A DNA stretch of 64,000 nt from Candidatus Woesearchaeota archaeon. Its GTDB lineage: Archaea > Nanobdellota > Nanobdellia > Woesearchaeales > ARS49. The position numbers and the translations under genes are program-made. The notes below the pieces were generated by a model that saw nothing but the letters and a program-made list of their open reading frames with translations, had not been told where the DNA came from and searched no databases. Of this stretch, positions 63,765 to 64,000 are shown one piece after another (the stretch's first letter is position 1; each line of letters starts with the position of its first letter). The stretch spans positions 1,506 through 65,505 of the forward strand of contig JAWCLR010000003.1 of NCBI GenBank assembly GCA_038850615.1. The letters run 5' to 3'.

Positions 63765-64000
63765 TTATATTGACTCCTGGTTCATAATATTGTCCGGCGG
63801 GGGAGTTGGAGAACCTTGCTGATCTGCGCATGGGGACGCAAAAGGCTGTGTGAACAGTGGTTTAATGCCAAGCTGAACCTTGCAGTGAGCCATACGCTCT
63901 CTGGCGCCATAATCACAAATGCCTTTTTCATACGCCTTAAGAGCCTTGCGGTAATACTCAAGGCGATTGGTGTCTTCTGTTTCGTCTGCTTTTCTTGCCA
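63765..64000 (-). CDS. Hypothetical protein, C-terminal part only (the 5' end lies beyond the window)
   Basis: Open minus-strand frame ...NRLEYYRKALKAYEKGICDYGARERMAHCKVQLGIKPLF...PPPDNIMNQESI, stop at 63765-63767. Confidence 0.3.
   Translation of the reverse strand, partial: ARKADETEDTNRLEYYRKALKAYEKGICDYGARERMAHCKVQLGIKPLFTQPFASPCADQQGSPTPPPDNIMNQESI

Overview
The window reads as a small-genome, DPANN-like archaeon. Evidence: the 16S has an archaeal 5' end and ends in GGATCACCTCCT, six of the 12 tRNAs carry intervening sequences, and archaeal housekeeping genes are present (Kae1, LonB, prefoldin alpha, FtsY, ScpA, L41e, L35Ae, a TFB-type zinc ribbon). Coding density is high on both strands, with GGTGA-type ribosome-binding sites and TTTATA-type promoters. 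Main content: (i) 12 tRNA genes and a 16S-tRNA-Ala(TGC)-23S operon at about 41.9-46.8 kb, with no 5S seen. (ii) A plus-strand sugar island at 12.2-21.3 kb holding a wHTH regulator, glycogen synthase, a GH57 enzyme, three small paralogues, a PfkB kinase, class II aldolase, RpiB, Rpe and split transketolase. More glycogen and galactose genes lie elsewhere (debranching-type glucosidase, GalT, GH15). (iii) Several blocks of secreted or membrane proteins, including a bacterial-type Lgt with at least four lipobox proteins. (iv) Bacterial-flavoured signalling parts: a PilZ domain and a class III nucleotidyl cyclase. The most unusual signals are at the RNA-gene level. The termini of tRNA-Glu, tRNA-Gly, tRNA-Val, tRNA-Ser and the 16S rRNA are each duplicated 50-110 nt away. 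Two of those loci share a homologous hairpin-containing spacer of about 58-70 nt. Other candidates for undescribed biology are a tandem array of seven small signal-anchored CX4C...CXC proteins, and a roughly 70-aa KNDFxxWI domain present in three tandem genes and fused to the transketolase C-terminal subunit. No CRISPR array, transposase or integrase was seen. All functional calls come from reading the translations and RNA folds by eye; no searches were run.
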